A stretch of DNA of 39,619 nt from NCBI GenBank assembly GCA_003614675.1, contig ML002349.1:1-39619 (forward strand), written 5' to 3'. Below are positions 20,683 to 33,400 of this stretch, in pieces. This DNA comes from Dimargaris cristalligena. Taxonomy: Eukaryota. The position numbers and the translations under genes were made by a program. The notes below the pieces were generated by a model. That model ran no database searches, was not told where the DNA came from, and saw only the letters and a program-made list of their open reading frames with translations. Each line of letters starts with the position of its first letter. The stretch's first letter is position 1.

Positions 20683-22722
20683 TTACGGATCAGCGGGACC
20701 TTTTCCCTTCTCCATCGAATGGGAGGATGAAGATTGCGGGGGAACGGATGAAGAATCAAAGGGAAGTGACGATTCTCCCTCTGCCCCCTTCTCGGCTGGG
20801 GGGGCTGATGTTGACGCAGGCACTGGTTTCGCCTGCTGGAATTCAGCAGTGGCCTGCAAGAGCTGGTTATCGACCTCTAGAACCTGGTTAAGTTGGGCAA
20901 TGGCCCCCCATACCGACCGGTGAATCCCGTGCAGAATCCGCAGGCGCTCTTGCACAGCGGCCTGGGAATGACTGGCCAGAGTAGCCAGCTGTTCGGGGGA
21001 CAGCGGGGGTAATGCCGATGTGGTGGATGATGATGATGGTGATAGTGATGACGGTCCCGCGCCGGAGGTCCCCGTCGAGGAATCTTGGGAGTCATAGGCG
21101 TGGTGGTGCGATAGGGGATTCATTTGGCCGTAGGCAATGGCTGAATCCAAGGGGGAGGGGGCGATGGGGACGAGTGGTGTTAAATGGGGCACGGCTAGCG
21201 GGGCCGCCGAGGTATACAACAGGGGCTCGAAGAATTGCTGTTGGATAAGGGCACTGCCTAGGCCAGCCAAGGGGTGACCCGGTGTCGAATCGTCCGTTGG
21301 CGGATTCGAGGATGAAGGGGTGTTCATATGTGCCGACGGGGTATGGTTGCCGGGAGCAGGTGAAGAATGAGAAGCGGCCGCTGCGGAAGCGGAAGTAGTT
21401 GCCGGTTGCGGTGAATCCCGGGACCCTTGGGTCGACGGGCCCGTCGAGTGATGTGGGACCGGCGAATCGCTCACTTGGGGCGTAGATGAGGATCCTTGCT
21501 GGTTCGAACGTGGTCGTGTCGCGCCGGTGGCCGTGGCGGGAGAGGGCAAATGAGCGATCGCTGGTTCGGGCGCGGGGGGACGGGGGATATCTTGATTCGC
21601 GTTGGCATTACCAATAGCCGCATTGGCCATTGGGACGGTGGGGGGAGTGGGTATATCATCCAGGACAGTGCGGCGACAAGTGGGGCAGGTTTGTTGGCGT
21701 TCCAACCAACTCCGCAAGCAGTTAAAATGGAAGATGTGACCACAAGGCAACCGCTTGGGAATTTCGGCCTGGGAAGATGGGTCCGGGGGATTGGTCATAT
21801 TGGCGGTGGGGGACGCAGTCATCTCCTCGCGGCAGATGATGCAAGTAGGATCACGCAGTTCCGCCAGCTCGTCGGCGCTCACGGTCGGGTAGCGCTCATT
21901 CATATTACGAGTCGCGCGGCGATACCGGATGAGATCCCGGCATTTGTTGATAAAGGACCGCAGCGTGGCGTAAATGTTGAAAATGATATGGAATGGCAGG
22001 CCGTAGTAGCTGGTAATCAGCCCGAAGAAGGCCAGATAAAGCATGAGCTGCCCGAAATCGGCCACCAGCTCCACGAAGAAAATGTACATGGATTTGCCCT
22101 CCCAGTTCTCAGGGCTGCGGTGATCGACGGTGTAAATAGCGTACTTAGCCACGGTGGAGAGTAGGGAAATAATGAGTATCGAGAATTCGAAACCAAAGAC
22201 GGCCAGGATAGATAGGGAATGGCTAATTTCGCTTAAGGTGGAATACACGGTGTAAGTCAGGAACAGGGCGTCGGCGGCGAACAGGACCCCGACCAGGCCG
22301 AGCATGCGGACATGGAAGAGCCAGTTCAGGGATGGCGACTGTTCCATAAAGTTAACCCGGTCCTCGATGAGCCAGTGGAAAACCTTGAAGAACATCAGGG
22401 TCAGCAATAGCCCGAACATTTGGGCGTTGAATTCGTCTTTGAAGATGGTCAGGGCCAAACAAGTTTCGGTGACAGCGAACCAGCCCTTCTCGTACAGATG
22501 TTCGACCTCAATGGCGCGCAGGTCGCCGAAGAATGTCCGCTGCATGAGTTTGCCGAACATGAGGGTAATAAAGAAGGACATGTTGGCTAGGATGAGGAGG
22601 TTGGCGTTGGACTGGGATAGACGAACGCCGGCGGCGTAGAAATACCACTGCTGCGAAAAGGCCGACACCAGGACCATTCCGGTGAGGGCGGTGGTGACCG
22701 CACCGTACAAGGCGAGACGCAT
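20683..22722 (-). CDS. HRD1: ERAD E3 ubiquitin ligase HRD1/synoviolin, 679 aa, intronless
   Basis: Multi-pass N-terminal domain (FFGDLRAIEVEHLYEKGWFAVTETCLALTIF, KVFHW), RATRNMNERYP, RING-H2 CIICREEM...PKRLPCGHIFHFNCLRSWLERQQTCPTCR, P/S-rich tail. Confidence 0.98.
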   Translation of the reverse strand: MRLALYGAVTTALTGMVLVSAFSQQWYFYAAGVRLSQSNANLLILANMSFFITLMFGKLMQRTFFGDLRAIEVEHLYEKGWFAVTETCLALTIFKDEFNAQMFGLLLTLMFFKVFHWLIEDRVNFMEQSPSLNWLFHVRMLGLVGVLFAADALFLTYTVYSTLSEISHSLSILAVFGFEFSILIISLLSTVAKYAIYTVDHRSPENWEGKSMYIFFVELVADFGQLMLYLAFFGLITSYYGLPFHIIFNIYATLRSFINKCRDLIRYRRATRNMNERYPTVSADELAELRDPTCIICREEMTASPTANMTNPPDPSSQAEIPKRLPCGHIFHFNCLRSWLERQQTCPTCRRTVLDDIPTPPTVPMANAAIGNANANQDIPRPPAPEPAIAHLPSPATATGATRPRSNQQGSSSTPQVSDSPVPHHSTGPSTQGSRDSPQPATTSASAAAASHSSPAPGNHTPSAHMNTPSSSNPPTDDSTPGHPLAGLGSALIQQQFFEPLLYTSAAPLAVPHLTPLVPIAPSPLDSAIAYGQMNPLSHHHAYDSQDSSTGTSGAGPSSLSPSSSSTTSALPPLSPEQLATLASHSQAAVQERLRILHGIHRSVWGAIAQLNQVLEVDNQLLQATAEFQQAKPVPASTSAPPAEKGAEGESSLPFDSSSVPPQSSSSHSMEKGKGPADP

Positions 22723-23601
22723 CGTTGGGATGACAGATATAGAAAGGCGGTTATGTATGTATGAATGCTAATAATATAACGAGGAGGAATAACGCACACT
22801 ACACGAACAGAAGCGAGAAGGGCCAAGCACGCCGGATGGGAGAGAATGGCAAGGCAAGTAGGTAGGTTAGGGTTGTCAGCTAAAACTTCTAAAGCGCCTA
22901 GCAGTAGGTAGAAAGAGTGGAAATGAAGAGAAAAGCGTGCAAGGCAGATGAGAGACTGTTCAGGTTGAAGGCCAAGGCTCCGGGCGGTCCTGTAGATAGA
23001 GAGTGACGCTTCCCTTATTCAAGATACCTTAACATAACTGGCCTGGTCTGGCCACATACAAGTCGTATAAATAAGTGACGTCCGCAACCCTGAGCAACTT
23101 CACTGTGGTTCTTCAGCCCGCCTCGTAAACCCACCCACATGGGGGGGGGGGCATCGTGGTACTATTTTTATCTGCCACAGCCGGTTATTCTCCCGCGCCC
23201 TGTTTGAACTAATTCCAACTATAAACTCCTAAAAACCTACCCCCTACGCTTCCCCCCCATTATTAAGGGAGAGGGGGGGGGCACTTCCGCACGGTTTGGG
23301 CGCCGCTTCATTAGCCCCTTCAGTAGCGAGGAGTGTTGGAAAAGTTCACATGAACATACCTGTCCGTCCCCCCTGGAAAACCCCCAGCCCTATATGGGAA
23401 CAACGACGGGCACCCCTCCCCATTCACAACAGTTCAGTCACCTCAATTATCATCACTAGGAAAATACAACCGTTATATATATTTATATATGTCTATCTCG
23501 AAATTAAGTACGGGCTACTATATTTAAAGAATGGCGCTGATAAGGTATTCCAGTGGAATACACTATTCATTAAAATAATTCTAAATAGCGGGGCCAAAAG
23601 C

Positions 23602-25183
23602 CTAGTCTAGTTTGTTGAACTCAGCCAGCAGCTGGTCAAAATCGAATTCCACCGGCTTATTGTTGAAGACCTCCACCAATTGCTTCTTAGCTGCTGACCC
23701 GGTCAAGTAGAACTGCTGAACCGCCAGAGTCAAAAGATGGGCGCTGTCCATACTTAGCGGCAGCTTAGGGTCCGTCAGTTCGCCTCGCATCAGAACGATG
23801 CCTTTGGAGTCCAGGAATTCCGTGTAGTTGGTGAGCGTCAGGTAGGTCTTGGCCGATTCACCGTGGGTCTTGTATTCCAGCAGAGGGGTGAAGTAGGCCT
23901 GATGAAAATGGAACTGGCAGTAGTATACTTCAATACCATCCGCGTGGGGTACGGGAAGTACAAACTAGGAGGGCGTAATAATAAAGGGGAAAATCAAGTT
24001 AAGACAATGGTTGATGGGTGGTACGGGTGATGTGGGGGGGGGGGTGCCAATTACATGGGAATAGCCATGCCAATGCCAAGTTGGAGTAGCGCGTGGTCCA
24101 TTCAAAAATCAAGTGGAAGGACGGCTTAATAGCCAAGTACTAGATTACTTACGCGAGGATACCGGGAGGTACGCTGGTACAATTCACGGTAACTACCCGC
24201 TGGGATGACAGCTGATAAATGATTTTTCTGGGCATGGTACTCGGTCCACAGTTTACCCACCGTTTCGGCATCCGCCTCGGCCATTTTTTCCATATTCAGA
24301 ATCTGGTCAAGAGGCTAATAAGAGCAATGTTACCGAAGGGGCGATGGTTGCATGATGGAAGTAAGATAAAACATATTAGGTCGGGAAATACGCGCGGCAT
24401 GGGCAATAAATCAGTAAACACACCAACTCCCATGAACCAAGATGGCGCCCATGAAGCCCCATGACCATTTGAATCCATACCCGTCCCATGTTCCCGTTGT
24501 CTCGGGCGGTTTGACAAGTAAGTAGTGATTACGCTATTCACTGTAAAAACGGCGTACCTTAAAGAGTCGGTTGGTCTCGTCAGCCTTGCCAGAAGAAGCA
24601 ATCGAAGAGGTAGGGCGTGATTTATGGGTGTGGGACGTAGCGGATGAGGTGGTGGATTTGGCGGCTTTTCCGGATGTCTCCTGCACGTTTTGTGCGGCCT
24701 GCTGGCGACGTTTAGCCTCGCGAAGGGCCGCCGTCATTTCCTCAACCGAAGCATACCCCTCACTATATAATTGATCAGAATAATATAACAAATTTTTAAA
24801 TGGGGTTATGTCAATAGGTTCGTAAATCAAAGATAAGCAGTCCGTGCATTATATTATTAATGGTGGTTGATTTAACCCAAATATTAGTTAAAAAGAACCA
24901 ACCCGGGCTATTAGCAAAGGTAACAACGGTACCCAGGTTGGGTGAGCTAAACCACCCCCCAGCCCTATGCATACCAGAAAGAACGGTTCAGGCCTTTCTA
25001 TACTTACGCCTTGGCCTTCTCTAGCAGGCGGTCGGCGTACTTCTGCCGGTGGTCGTCAACGAGATTGGAATGCAAGCGAGTACGCATGAGCTTGGGAAAG
25101 GGAAAGCTCACACAGTGAGCTCCGCGAATCCCCGACTGGGTGAGCCGGAGTTGGCGCTGAATCGCCGGGCGAAGGAACGACAT
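23602..25183 (-). CDS. ATP11: Mitochondrial F1-ATPase assembly chaperone ATP11/ATPAF1, 301 aa, 4 exons: 25183-25008, 24762-24558, 24314-24153, 23964-23602
   Basis: Arg-rich mitochondrial presequence; KYADRLLEKAKAEG, PLDQIL...LWTEYH, YPRFVLPVP, FTPLLEYKTHGESA, KGIVLMRGE, VQQFY. All GT-AG junctions keep frame. Confidence 0.95.
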
Positions 25184-26220
25184 GGCTAAACGGGCTTGCG
25201 GAGGGATAGGGAAATGGGTAATGGCCGAAACCTTTTTGGATTGTATAGAGAGGGTTAGGGCCCTGAGTGACTTGAAAGACTCCAAAATGACCGAGCAGGG
25301 AAATCAAAGTATGGCTGAAACAACCAGGTGCATGTACTACGGCTAGGACTGAATCACCTACTTTCCCATGCCAGTTGGGTGGGGTCAATTCTCTCTACTA
25401 CAAGGACTAAATTCTATGGCAATTCAGCCAATGGGTGGCAGCAGTCAGAGCGACTTGAATCAGCGATTGCCTCCTATCCAAAGTTCACCAGCCAGTGATA
25501 GTTGAATTATTAGGGTTGTACCTTTATTAGACGTACACCCCTCTCCACACAGCAACCTAGGCCCCTAATTATCAGAGAGCAACCACCAACTTGATTGATG
25601 GGTGGGGTTATAAGTGACTTCAATGAAACGACTTCTTCAGTTCGAACTTAAGCCCCTGGCTTAAAGATGCTAAGATAACACCACCTTTGCGTTGACCAAG
25701 GTGCCTATTCCCAAGCTTAATAGTCGCTGCTGGCCCCTGCTTTATGAATTGAGACCAGAAATGGAATAAGTCACGTAAACCAGCCGCTAGCCGGCTGCAA
25801 GAGAAGGACACGGTAAATACCCGGCCCAATATGTCTAGTAGATCACATCATAATTAGGGCTGGCTACGTAGTGGTAGGCGGTGACCCAAAGAGGCCTACC
25901 CTAGATTTTTTATATTTTATAAAACGGACCAAGACATCCCCCAACAAGGGGGGTGAAAGCGAAACGTGTGGACTGACTATAGCCAAGCTGCCCTGGCCTA
26001 TATTTAGATTGGAGAACACAAAGACGAAGGATCCCTTCCGCTGTTCCCAAGGAGTCCGCCGATAAATCCTATTTTATGGTTTTAAAAGAGTACCGTGCCC
26101 GTATCGTTCGGGCTATACCCGTTGATTGGGTCCAAACCCTTGTCTCCCAGTCGAAATAGGCAGTAAAATTGGCCAAAAGGCGCTTGCGCTTGACAAAGCA
26201 AGGAGGGGTGGTGGCCCGTT

Positions 26221-26292
26221 CGGACCTTTGTTTTCCCCTCCCCTCCCTTTTCTCTCCCTCTCTCACTACCTCTCTCTCACCATTCTTCCACC
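26221..26292 (+). promoter_or_regulatory. Polypyrimidine (CT-rich) tract, probable promoter/5' leader element of the GH16 gene
   Basis: Dense C/T run about 670 nt upstream of the GH16 ATG; CT-rich tracts are common at fungal transcription starts. Confidence 0.35.
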
Positions 26293-26958
26293 GTGATCAA
26301 ACCGGAATTCCGTGTCCAACTATATGATTTGCCGAAGGGTGTCGCTTTAGGGCCGACGGGCTCCCCCTGCCCCTTGTTACTTCTATTTTTCGCCTATAAG
26401 TCGCCTTGGCAGTACAACGCAAAAACGATTCTCCGAATTATTTGGTGTATCACAGCCGCCGAGGGCGCTAAAACCACCACTAATCGATAAAATAACCCTC
26501 CCAATTTACAACGTAGTCGCCCTCCCCCCGTGGCTTGTCCATATTCGCTAGTCTAATCTATGGTCGCCGGCAAGCGACTAGGGATTACTCTTTGAAAAGG
26601 ATGCTTTGGTATAAGGGGGTGCGAGGGACGGGGAGGAGGTCCAGTGCCCCCGCCGATGCCAGTTTTTTTGGGACCGCCGCGACCTTGCCCCAAGTATATA
26701 ATTGATCGAACGCCCCGGATTTGGGGCTCGGTATTTTTAATATTATAACATTTCCTACCATTACCGGCTTCATTTTTGTGGCTATTTCGCGTGAATCCCA
26801 TTTAGTTAGAGCTAGCCTTGATTTTTACCCCCCGGATAAATAATTTCGTTTAATTTCGGACACTACCACTATCACCCGTTCTTTCTCTTATATTTTATTG
26901 GTTTGTCTTGCCTCGCCATTGCACGGGGTCCGCTATAATCACCTACTTTTTAATCACC

Positions 26959-28460
26959 ATGGTCCATTTGTATGTCCCCGCTTTGGCGGTTCTCGCCCTA
27001 GCCCACGCGACGCCTAGCCTAGCTCTCGACGACGGTCGCCCCGATTTCGGCTGTAAAGAAAAGACCTGGACCTTTACCGACGCCAACAGCCTGAAGGACT
27101 TCATCACTGAAGGAGGCGACGGCGATTGTGCCGAAAATATCAAAGTTGAAAATAACGCACTTGTACTCTCCGTGAACGTGGCGTGTCGGTATGCCAATAT
27201 CGAGTTTAAAAATCGAGTGACACAGGGCTTCATTAGTGTGGAGGCCAAGGTGGGCGATACCCCCGCGGGGGTTAGTTCGATTATTGTAAGTGAAACTAAT
27301 ATCAGTTTATAACACGGCGACTCGTTTATTCGTCAACCCTCATTTGAGCCGGCTGCCCTGTATGCCTTCCTTACCTATCTCATGGGACAGTTGACCTCCC
27401 CTGGCTTAGGTTTGTTACCGGGAAGAAAAGGACAATACCCATGCATCCTTATCTGGCATATGTTACTCCTCAATCCACAGAATGGCTAGTATGCGTCAAG
27501 CATTGGTAGTTATTTTGGTAAAATAATAGACCTGCTGGGTTCAAACGAATATCCCGGGTGACCCGAAACCGAAATATTGCCCATGTATTAACTCTTCCTT
27601 ATATATATGTATATGTGTAAAAATTAAATTTCTCGATACTATGGTATTACCATTCTACCATTCAGCTTGGTCGGAAGAGTGAGGACGAAATTGATTTGGA
27701 AATGGTTGGCGATCGACCCGAGCAACTTGAAACCATGTACTTCAAGTCCTACGGCCGCGTTTTTCCCGACTGGGACGCCGACCGGTTCAAGGCGACCCCA
27801 TCTCTGTCGACCGATTTCTTCCAATACGGCATCGACCTCAACAAAAAGCAAGTGGACTGGTACCTAGACAACAAGGTGGTGCGCACCCTCAAGAAAACCC
27901 TTGACCGCCGGTTCCCGGTGGAAGCCGATGCGGTCCGGATGGGAGTGTGGGATGCCTCCCACAAGGGCGCTTGGGCGGGCACCATGCCCACGGGGGGCCG
28001 GGCCAAAATGGAAATCAAGTCCATTACGTATATTCCCCTGTGTGATACGGCGGCTTACGCGCGGTCCCGTACCGCACCGGCGAAACTCACGACGGTGGAG
28101 AAACTGCCCCGCTTGCGCAGTATGTGGTCGGTGGGGAAGACGTTCCTGGGTGAGACTGTGCTGAATTGGAAGGCGAGTAACTCGACCATCGCTAACGTGG
28201 CCGGCAAGATGTTGGGGACGATTGATAAGCTGGTGCTAGGCGATAATGCCGGGAAGGCGGCTCCGGCGTATGAGGCCCAAAAGGAGGCGGAGAAACTGGA
28301 AGATATGGCTGCGAATAAACCAGCGTCCCCTCTCCCTCAGCAATCCGAGCAGCCGGCTCCCCCAACCCAAACTCAGCAACCCGAGCAAATGGGAGCACTT
28401 CCCAAGATCACGCAGGCTCCGCAGAACGACGTACCTAAAATACCAGATACCCCTCAATAG
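26959..28460 (+). CDS. Secreted glycoside hydrolase family 16 (Crh/Utr2-like), 373 aa, 2 exons: 26959-27285, 27666-28460
   Basis: Signal peptide MVHLYVPALAVLALAHA. Splicing GTAAGT...TTCAG joins GVSSII to LGRKSEDEIDLEMVG (catalytic E-x-D-x-E at 27687-27701). Also VDWYLDNKVVRT, RFP, MGVWDA and WAG motifs. Confidence 0.92.
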
Positions 28461-29231
28461 CAAGTCGCCGCTCCCGCTCCTTAGTCTATACTATTGACCA
28501 GGGGTAGGGCCGCCGCGGAGGCAAGAATCAGAGATGTTAAAGGCGGTTTCTAAATGACCCCCTCCCCTACCTGTTGCCGTAATGGTTGTTATTACCTACT
28601 GTTTAGTTAGTCTTTAAGTATATATAAGTATATTTTTTTATGCGAGTGTTGTCTACCCAGTGCATCTACATCCTACACAGCTCTCGTAATCCATTAGCAT
28701 TGTCTTAGGTTCTCATTATAGTATATATTTAACCAAAAAGGGTACATTAAATAAATGTGGTTTCAAAATGCCTAATGAGTGCAGTGCCTAATATTAGTTT
28801 AATTCACTGAGATAGTAGTCTTGATAATGCTCAAGCTACTAGTCTGACTGTAATTTTACCATGTTGAACAATATAAAAACTATGCCTACAGACCGATCAA
28901 TCTATAGAAATATAAGGTAGGGGGGCTCTTAGCTTGGAGGAGGGTTTCTTGATTTGGTAAATCATCAACTTACCCATGTTTATTTAGTAGATGGAGAAGC
29001 GGAGTCCTACTTAGCCTTAATAAATTTTGGACTGGGCGGTTATTTCCCACCACTCGCACACATTCTAACCCTCATCTAACGTCGACTTCTCAGCAACCCT
29101 TTGACTCCCCATTGCATTGAACCAGATTCGGTTCACTTCATCTTACTTCCATTTCCGAATTTGTCCCTCCCCCAGCCGTACCTCGCATCCACTCCCGCCC
29201 CGCCCCCTCATCTCCACCGCTCTATCACATC

Positions 29232-29567
29232 ATGGTCACCGTCACGCAGCTCGTCCAACAGTTCCAAAAGTCGTACTGGACCCAGACCCCGCTCCAGCTT
29301 AAGCTCATTGATGCCTATTTGGTGGCCATTATGCTCCAGGGTGTCCTCCAATTCATCTACTGTCTGGCCATCAGCAGCTTCCCGTACAATGCCTTTCTGG
29401 CGGGTTTCGGTGCCGCCGTGGCCTCGTTTGTGTTTACAGCGTCTCTGCGTATCCAAGTCAACCCGAAAAATACTGAGTATAGCCACCAGGCCCCCGAACG
29501 GGCCTTTGCTGAGTTCCTGGTGTGCCAACTGACCTTGTTTTTTATCGTGACAAACTATATTGGCTAA
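29232..29567 (+). CDS. OST2: Oligosaccharyltransferase subunit OST2/DAD1, 111 aa
   Basis: TPLQLKLIDAYL...LQFIYCL...FPYNAFLAGF...SFVFTASLRIQVNP...PERAFAEFL...NYIG is the DAD1 family signature. Confidence 0.98.
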   Translation: MVTVTQLVQQFQKSYWTQTPLQLKLIDAYLVAIMLQGVLQFIYCLAISSFPYNAFLAGFGAAVASFVFTASLRIQVNPKNTEYSHQAPERAFAEFLVCQLTLFFIVTNYIG

Positions 29568-30407
29568 GAGGAGCGTGCGTTGCCTATAGTAAGGGAAGCC
29601 GATTGGGAGATTTAATGGTTCACTGCTACTACCAATGTGTTTATATATATGTTTGTGTGTACTTAAAATGCTCCATCTTATGACCTCTTTTAATTGCGGA
29701 CGATTACAAATAGGCATCACCTCCGACTAGATGTATTACCCGCTAGCCTACTTTTACACCCAGACCACCCCCCCCCCCTAATTACATGGGCGGCGTGTTG
29801 GCAAAAACACTTTTACTATTAATGAAATGACCTGTATCGGTTCTCTGACTATTTATCTGACTATTCTCTGGTAATATATATAAAATCAACCAACTCAGAC
29901 TGGCAAATGTCTCCATTAATATATCTCTCAATTACGATGATCTATCGTTAGAATAGCCCCTATTGTATAAAATACACTAAGCGTGTGACGGTTACAGTGT
30001 AGGTGAATTGAACGTGAATAGTGCACAAAACCGGTTAGACTGAACTCTTCTGGGCCAAAAATGTCTAGTATGTGACTTAGAGAAACCCCTACACCACTAA
30101 AACCAGCTCTATTTTGGGAAGACTTGCTGGGATTTTGAGGTGGCCTAGAATCCCATGGCCACCCAAAGTTAAACCCATTCCACCCAGGGGCCGTCAATGC
30201 TGTGTCCTTCATTCAATCTGAAGCAACCTTGCTATATCCCCTTACTAAATAGCATCGTACTCATCTATAGACGGTATTCTCTACTACCGAGTTCCTTTCC
30301 TTTGTGCTTTGTCTAAACGGATTCCCACCTTTCCTTACTCCCCCCCTGTTCCCACCCCCTGGTTTATTCCCTTATAATACTCGTCTCAGTCCCACCTTCA
30401 GTTGAAC

Positions 30408-33400
30408 ATGTCTGAACCTGACCCTCTTATCGCCTCCTCTTTCGCCATGGAGACCCCGACATTACCCACCGCTGCTGCGTCTACGTCCAACCCGTCGCCA
30501 ACCTTAACGGCCCAGCAACTCGAGGACATCAACCAGTAAGTGCTTCGCATTGGGCAACCCCTTTCCCCCTCCCACCTCTACATACCGTCGCCCCATTTCT
30601 GCTGGTGATCAGCCTCGCGTTGGCATAACCTAGGCTATATAGTAGCAAATGGGCTTGGCCCAGAGTTTATTTCGCTCCGGCCTCAGAATTGACCTTCCCC
30701 GGCTTTATATATATAATAACAACCCCCTTATCCGTTGGATATTCATTGACCCTGTCTACTCCTACTGAATAGAAAATACGAAGCTGCGCTGTCCCAGAGT
30801 ACCCATTCGGCCGAACCCAACCTACATGGCGCCCTGGCCCCTGTCTTAGACGACAATTCACCTCAAATTAAACAAGTAGGTTATGGATGGCAGCCATTAC
30901 ACTCCCCATAATACCACTGGTTTGGAACATATGGGGTAGCCCGATCCAGCCGATTAATTAATAACAGAATCTACCGAACAGCCCGCTATAATACACATGT
31001 ATATATAGCATATATTGAACCAACTGGTTCATTCGATAATCCCATGGGTGACCCTAATTCACCTATAACCGATGTGCCATTACGACCCCCCCCCCCGATC
31101 TTTAGGATATGCTACGAATGATTGTTCAGTTTCTCGGTGATGAAGGGTATCAGATATCGAAAAACACCGTATGTGACGAGACGGGGGTAAAACAACTCGC
31201 CCAAATGAACAAAATCCAAGAAATCAGGCGCTTGAAAAAAGCTATTCTCGGTAAGTTAATCGGTGTTGTTGTTTTTTGGCACTATTCCTAACCGCGGAAC
31301 CCGTGGGATTGGAATGCATCTGATATATTGGGCATGCTGTAATTAGGAAGCTTTTTCAAGGGGCTAGGAAGCACACCCACTCAATACGACCCAGCATTCC
31401 CTTATTTAATATTGTATATATATTGATCTATGCTTGGACCGCCCCGATGGGCTTGGAAATCGATGACCATTTTTAAATTTATAAAAAAATAACATAGACG
31501 GCGAATGGACCGAAGTGGAAAAACTCTGCACGAAATCGTTGGTAAAACACCAAAAGAGTTTTTTGTACATGGTTTTCCGACAGCAATTTTTAGAGCACAT
31601 TGATTTACACGAATACCAAAAGGTAAATATACCTACAAGTTACTATATCCCAATGGGCAAGTATATCCAACGGAGGCTTGATAATCAAAGTCAACAATGG
31701 CAATAATGAAAGCGAAAAATAATGCCTTAATCCAAGTGAAATGCTTCTCCTTAGGTCTACACACTTTCCTCCTCCTTCCATACATCGTTTTACCCTACAC
31801 TAACTCTTATATATATATATATATTATTGGTGCTATCACCTTTGCCCATACCTAGGCCTTCGCATGTCTAAACCGACGTCTCAAGCCACTTGAGTATCTT
31901 CAAACCACCAATACCGAATTTAGGGATATGTGCTATTTGCTCACCTGTAAATCAGTTCAAGATGTTCTATCATTTAAGAGTTGGGAAGGAATCGGCCCGT
32001 CTCGGTAAGTAAACCCTACAACCGTTGTGGATCTTGAGCAATGCACATTATATTCCCCTTACGGACAGTTGGCTAATATTTTCCGATTCATTTACCATAT
32101 ACCCTGCCTTTGGCTATAAAAAACTAACCACAGCCCAATATTACAACTATTGGTTTTGAAACAGGGAAAAGCTGGTCGAACAACTGCAACATATGATTGA
32201 TTACGAGACTTTTGACAAGGATAGTAAGTTGCTGAATAACTCTCTTCAGAGGTTGAGAGCCTTTCGTCTATTTACCCTAGCGTATACTTCAATTGGTTTA
32301 CAATAGACCGTTTTCACCCCACTAGATTGGTATTAACTCTTACTACACCTTGCTGGCTAATTCATTTTCATAATGGATAGGCATCCCAATTCCCCCACAT
32401 CGGCTAATGACCCTCATGAAACAGGCGGCGGCCTACCAAATCGAGTCATCTAAATATCTTCCTGAGGTGCAACCGCGTATCAAAAGGTAAAAACTTACAT
32501 ACACAAACCCCCCCTCTCATTTTAATGATTTCAGGAAATTAATAACAACTATATAGAGCTGTCTAGTCTCGCTTTTATATATTTCTGATCATGGTAAACG
32601 GCAGTACTAACCACTCTGATGAGTCTCGCTGTGGTAATAAAAAACTGGCCCATCTACATGTACAAATTTCCTTCTTCGGCGATTTAGTCTGCTACAAGAC
32701 TACAGCAGTTTCGTGATTCCTAACAATGTCCAAAACACCTTCGTGGGCCACCGTGGCAGTATTAAATGCGCCATATTTGCCGGCCACGCAGACCAGCTCA
32801 TCGCATCTGGTGCAAGGTAAGGCTCGCTCCCGTGTCGTGAAGGGGCCATTTTCATATTTTTAAGACATTCTGGTGCTACTCCCCACCATCCTAAATGGGA
32901 GAAAAACCCTACGATGGGGGAACCCGATATTCCACTTCCGCAATTTTTTATAATGGGCTAATCCTAGTATCTCCCACCCATGGACCCTTACCCGGCTATA
33001 CCCCCGTCCCCTACCTTACCACTAATTCGGATACTTCATCTTTATGCATATTGGCCCAATACCGGATCCGTTCGCTAGTGATAACGAAATTCGACTGTGG
33101 GACATCGACACCAAACAGTGCGTGAATGTTCTTAAAGGCCACGGTGCTAAAATCTGGGACCTTTGCTGTGACAGCACTAGCACCATGCTCGCCAGTGCCT
33201 CAGGGGATGGCACAGTCAAGGTAATTTAAACCATATGATTGAAAGAGCACACTAATTGTACTGGGAACTAACATTATGAATTCACTATGACTACGACGCC
33301 CCAACATGCACGCATTAGGTCATAGACCACCCATATTTAGGGAATGCCTTGTATTACGAACTAATTATAATTGCTGCAATGCCTTTGTTTATATACGGTA

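Noticed and set aside
32616-32650. CTGATGAG hammerhead-ribozyme-like core in a WD40 intron (also CTGAAGA at 2074, CTGATGA at 3575)
   Set aside because: No stem II followed by GAAA and no flanking helices; the 2074 motif is not conserved in the paralogous copies.
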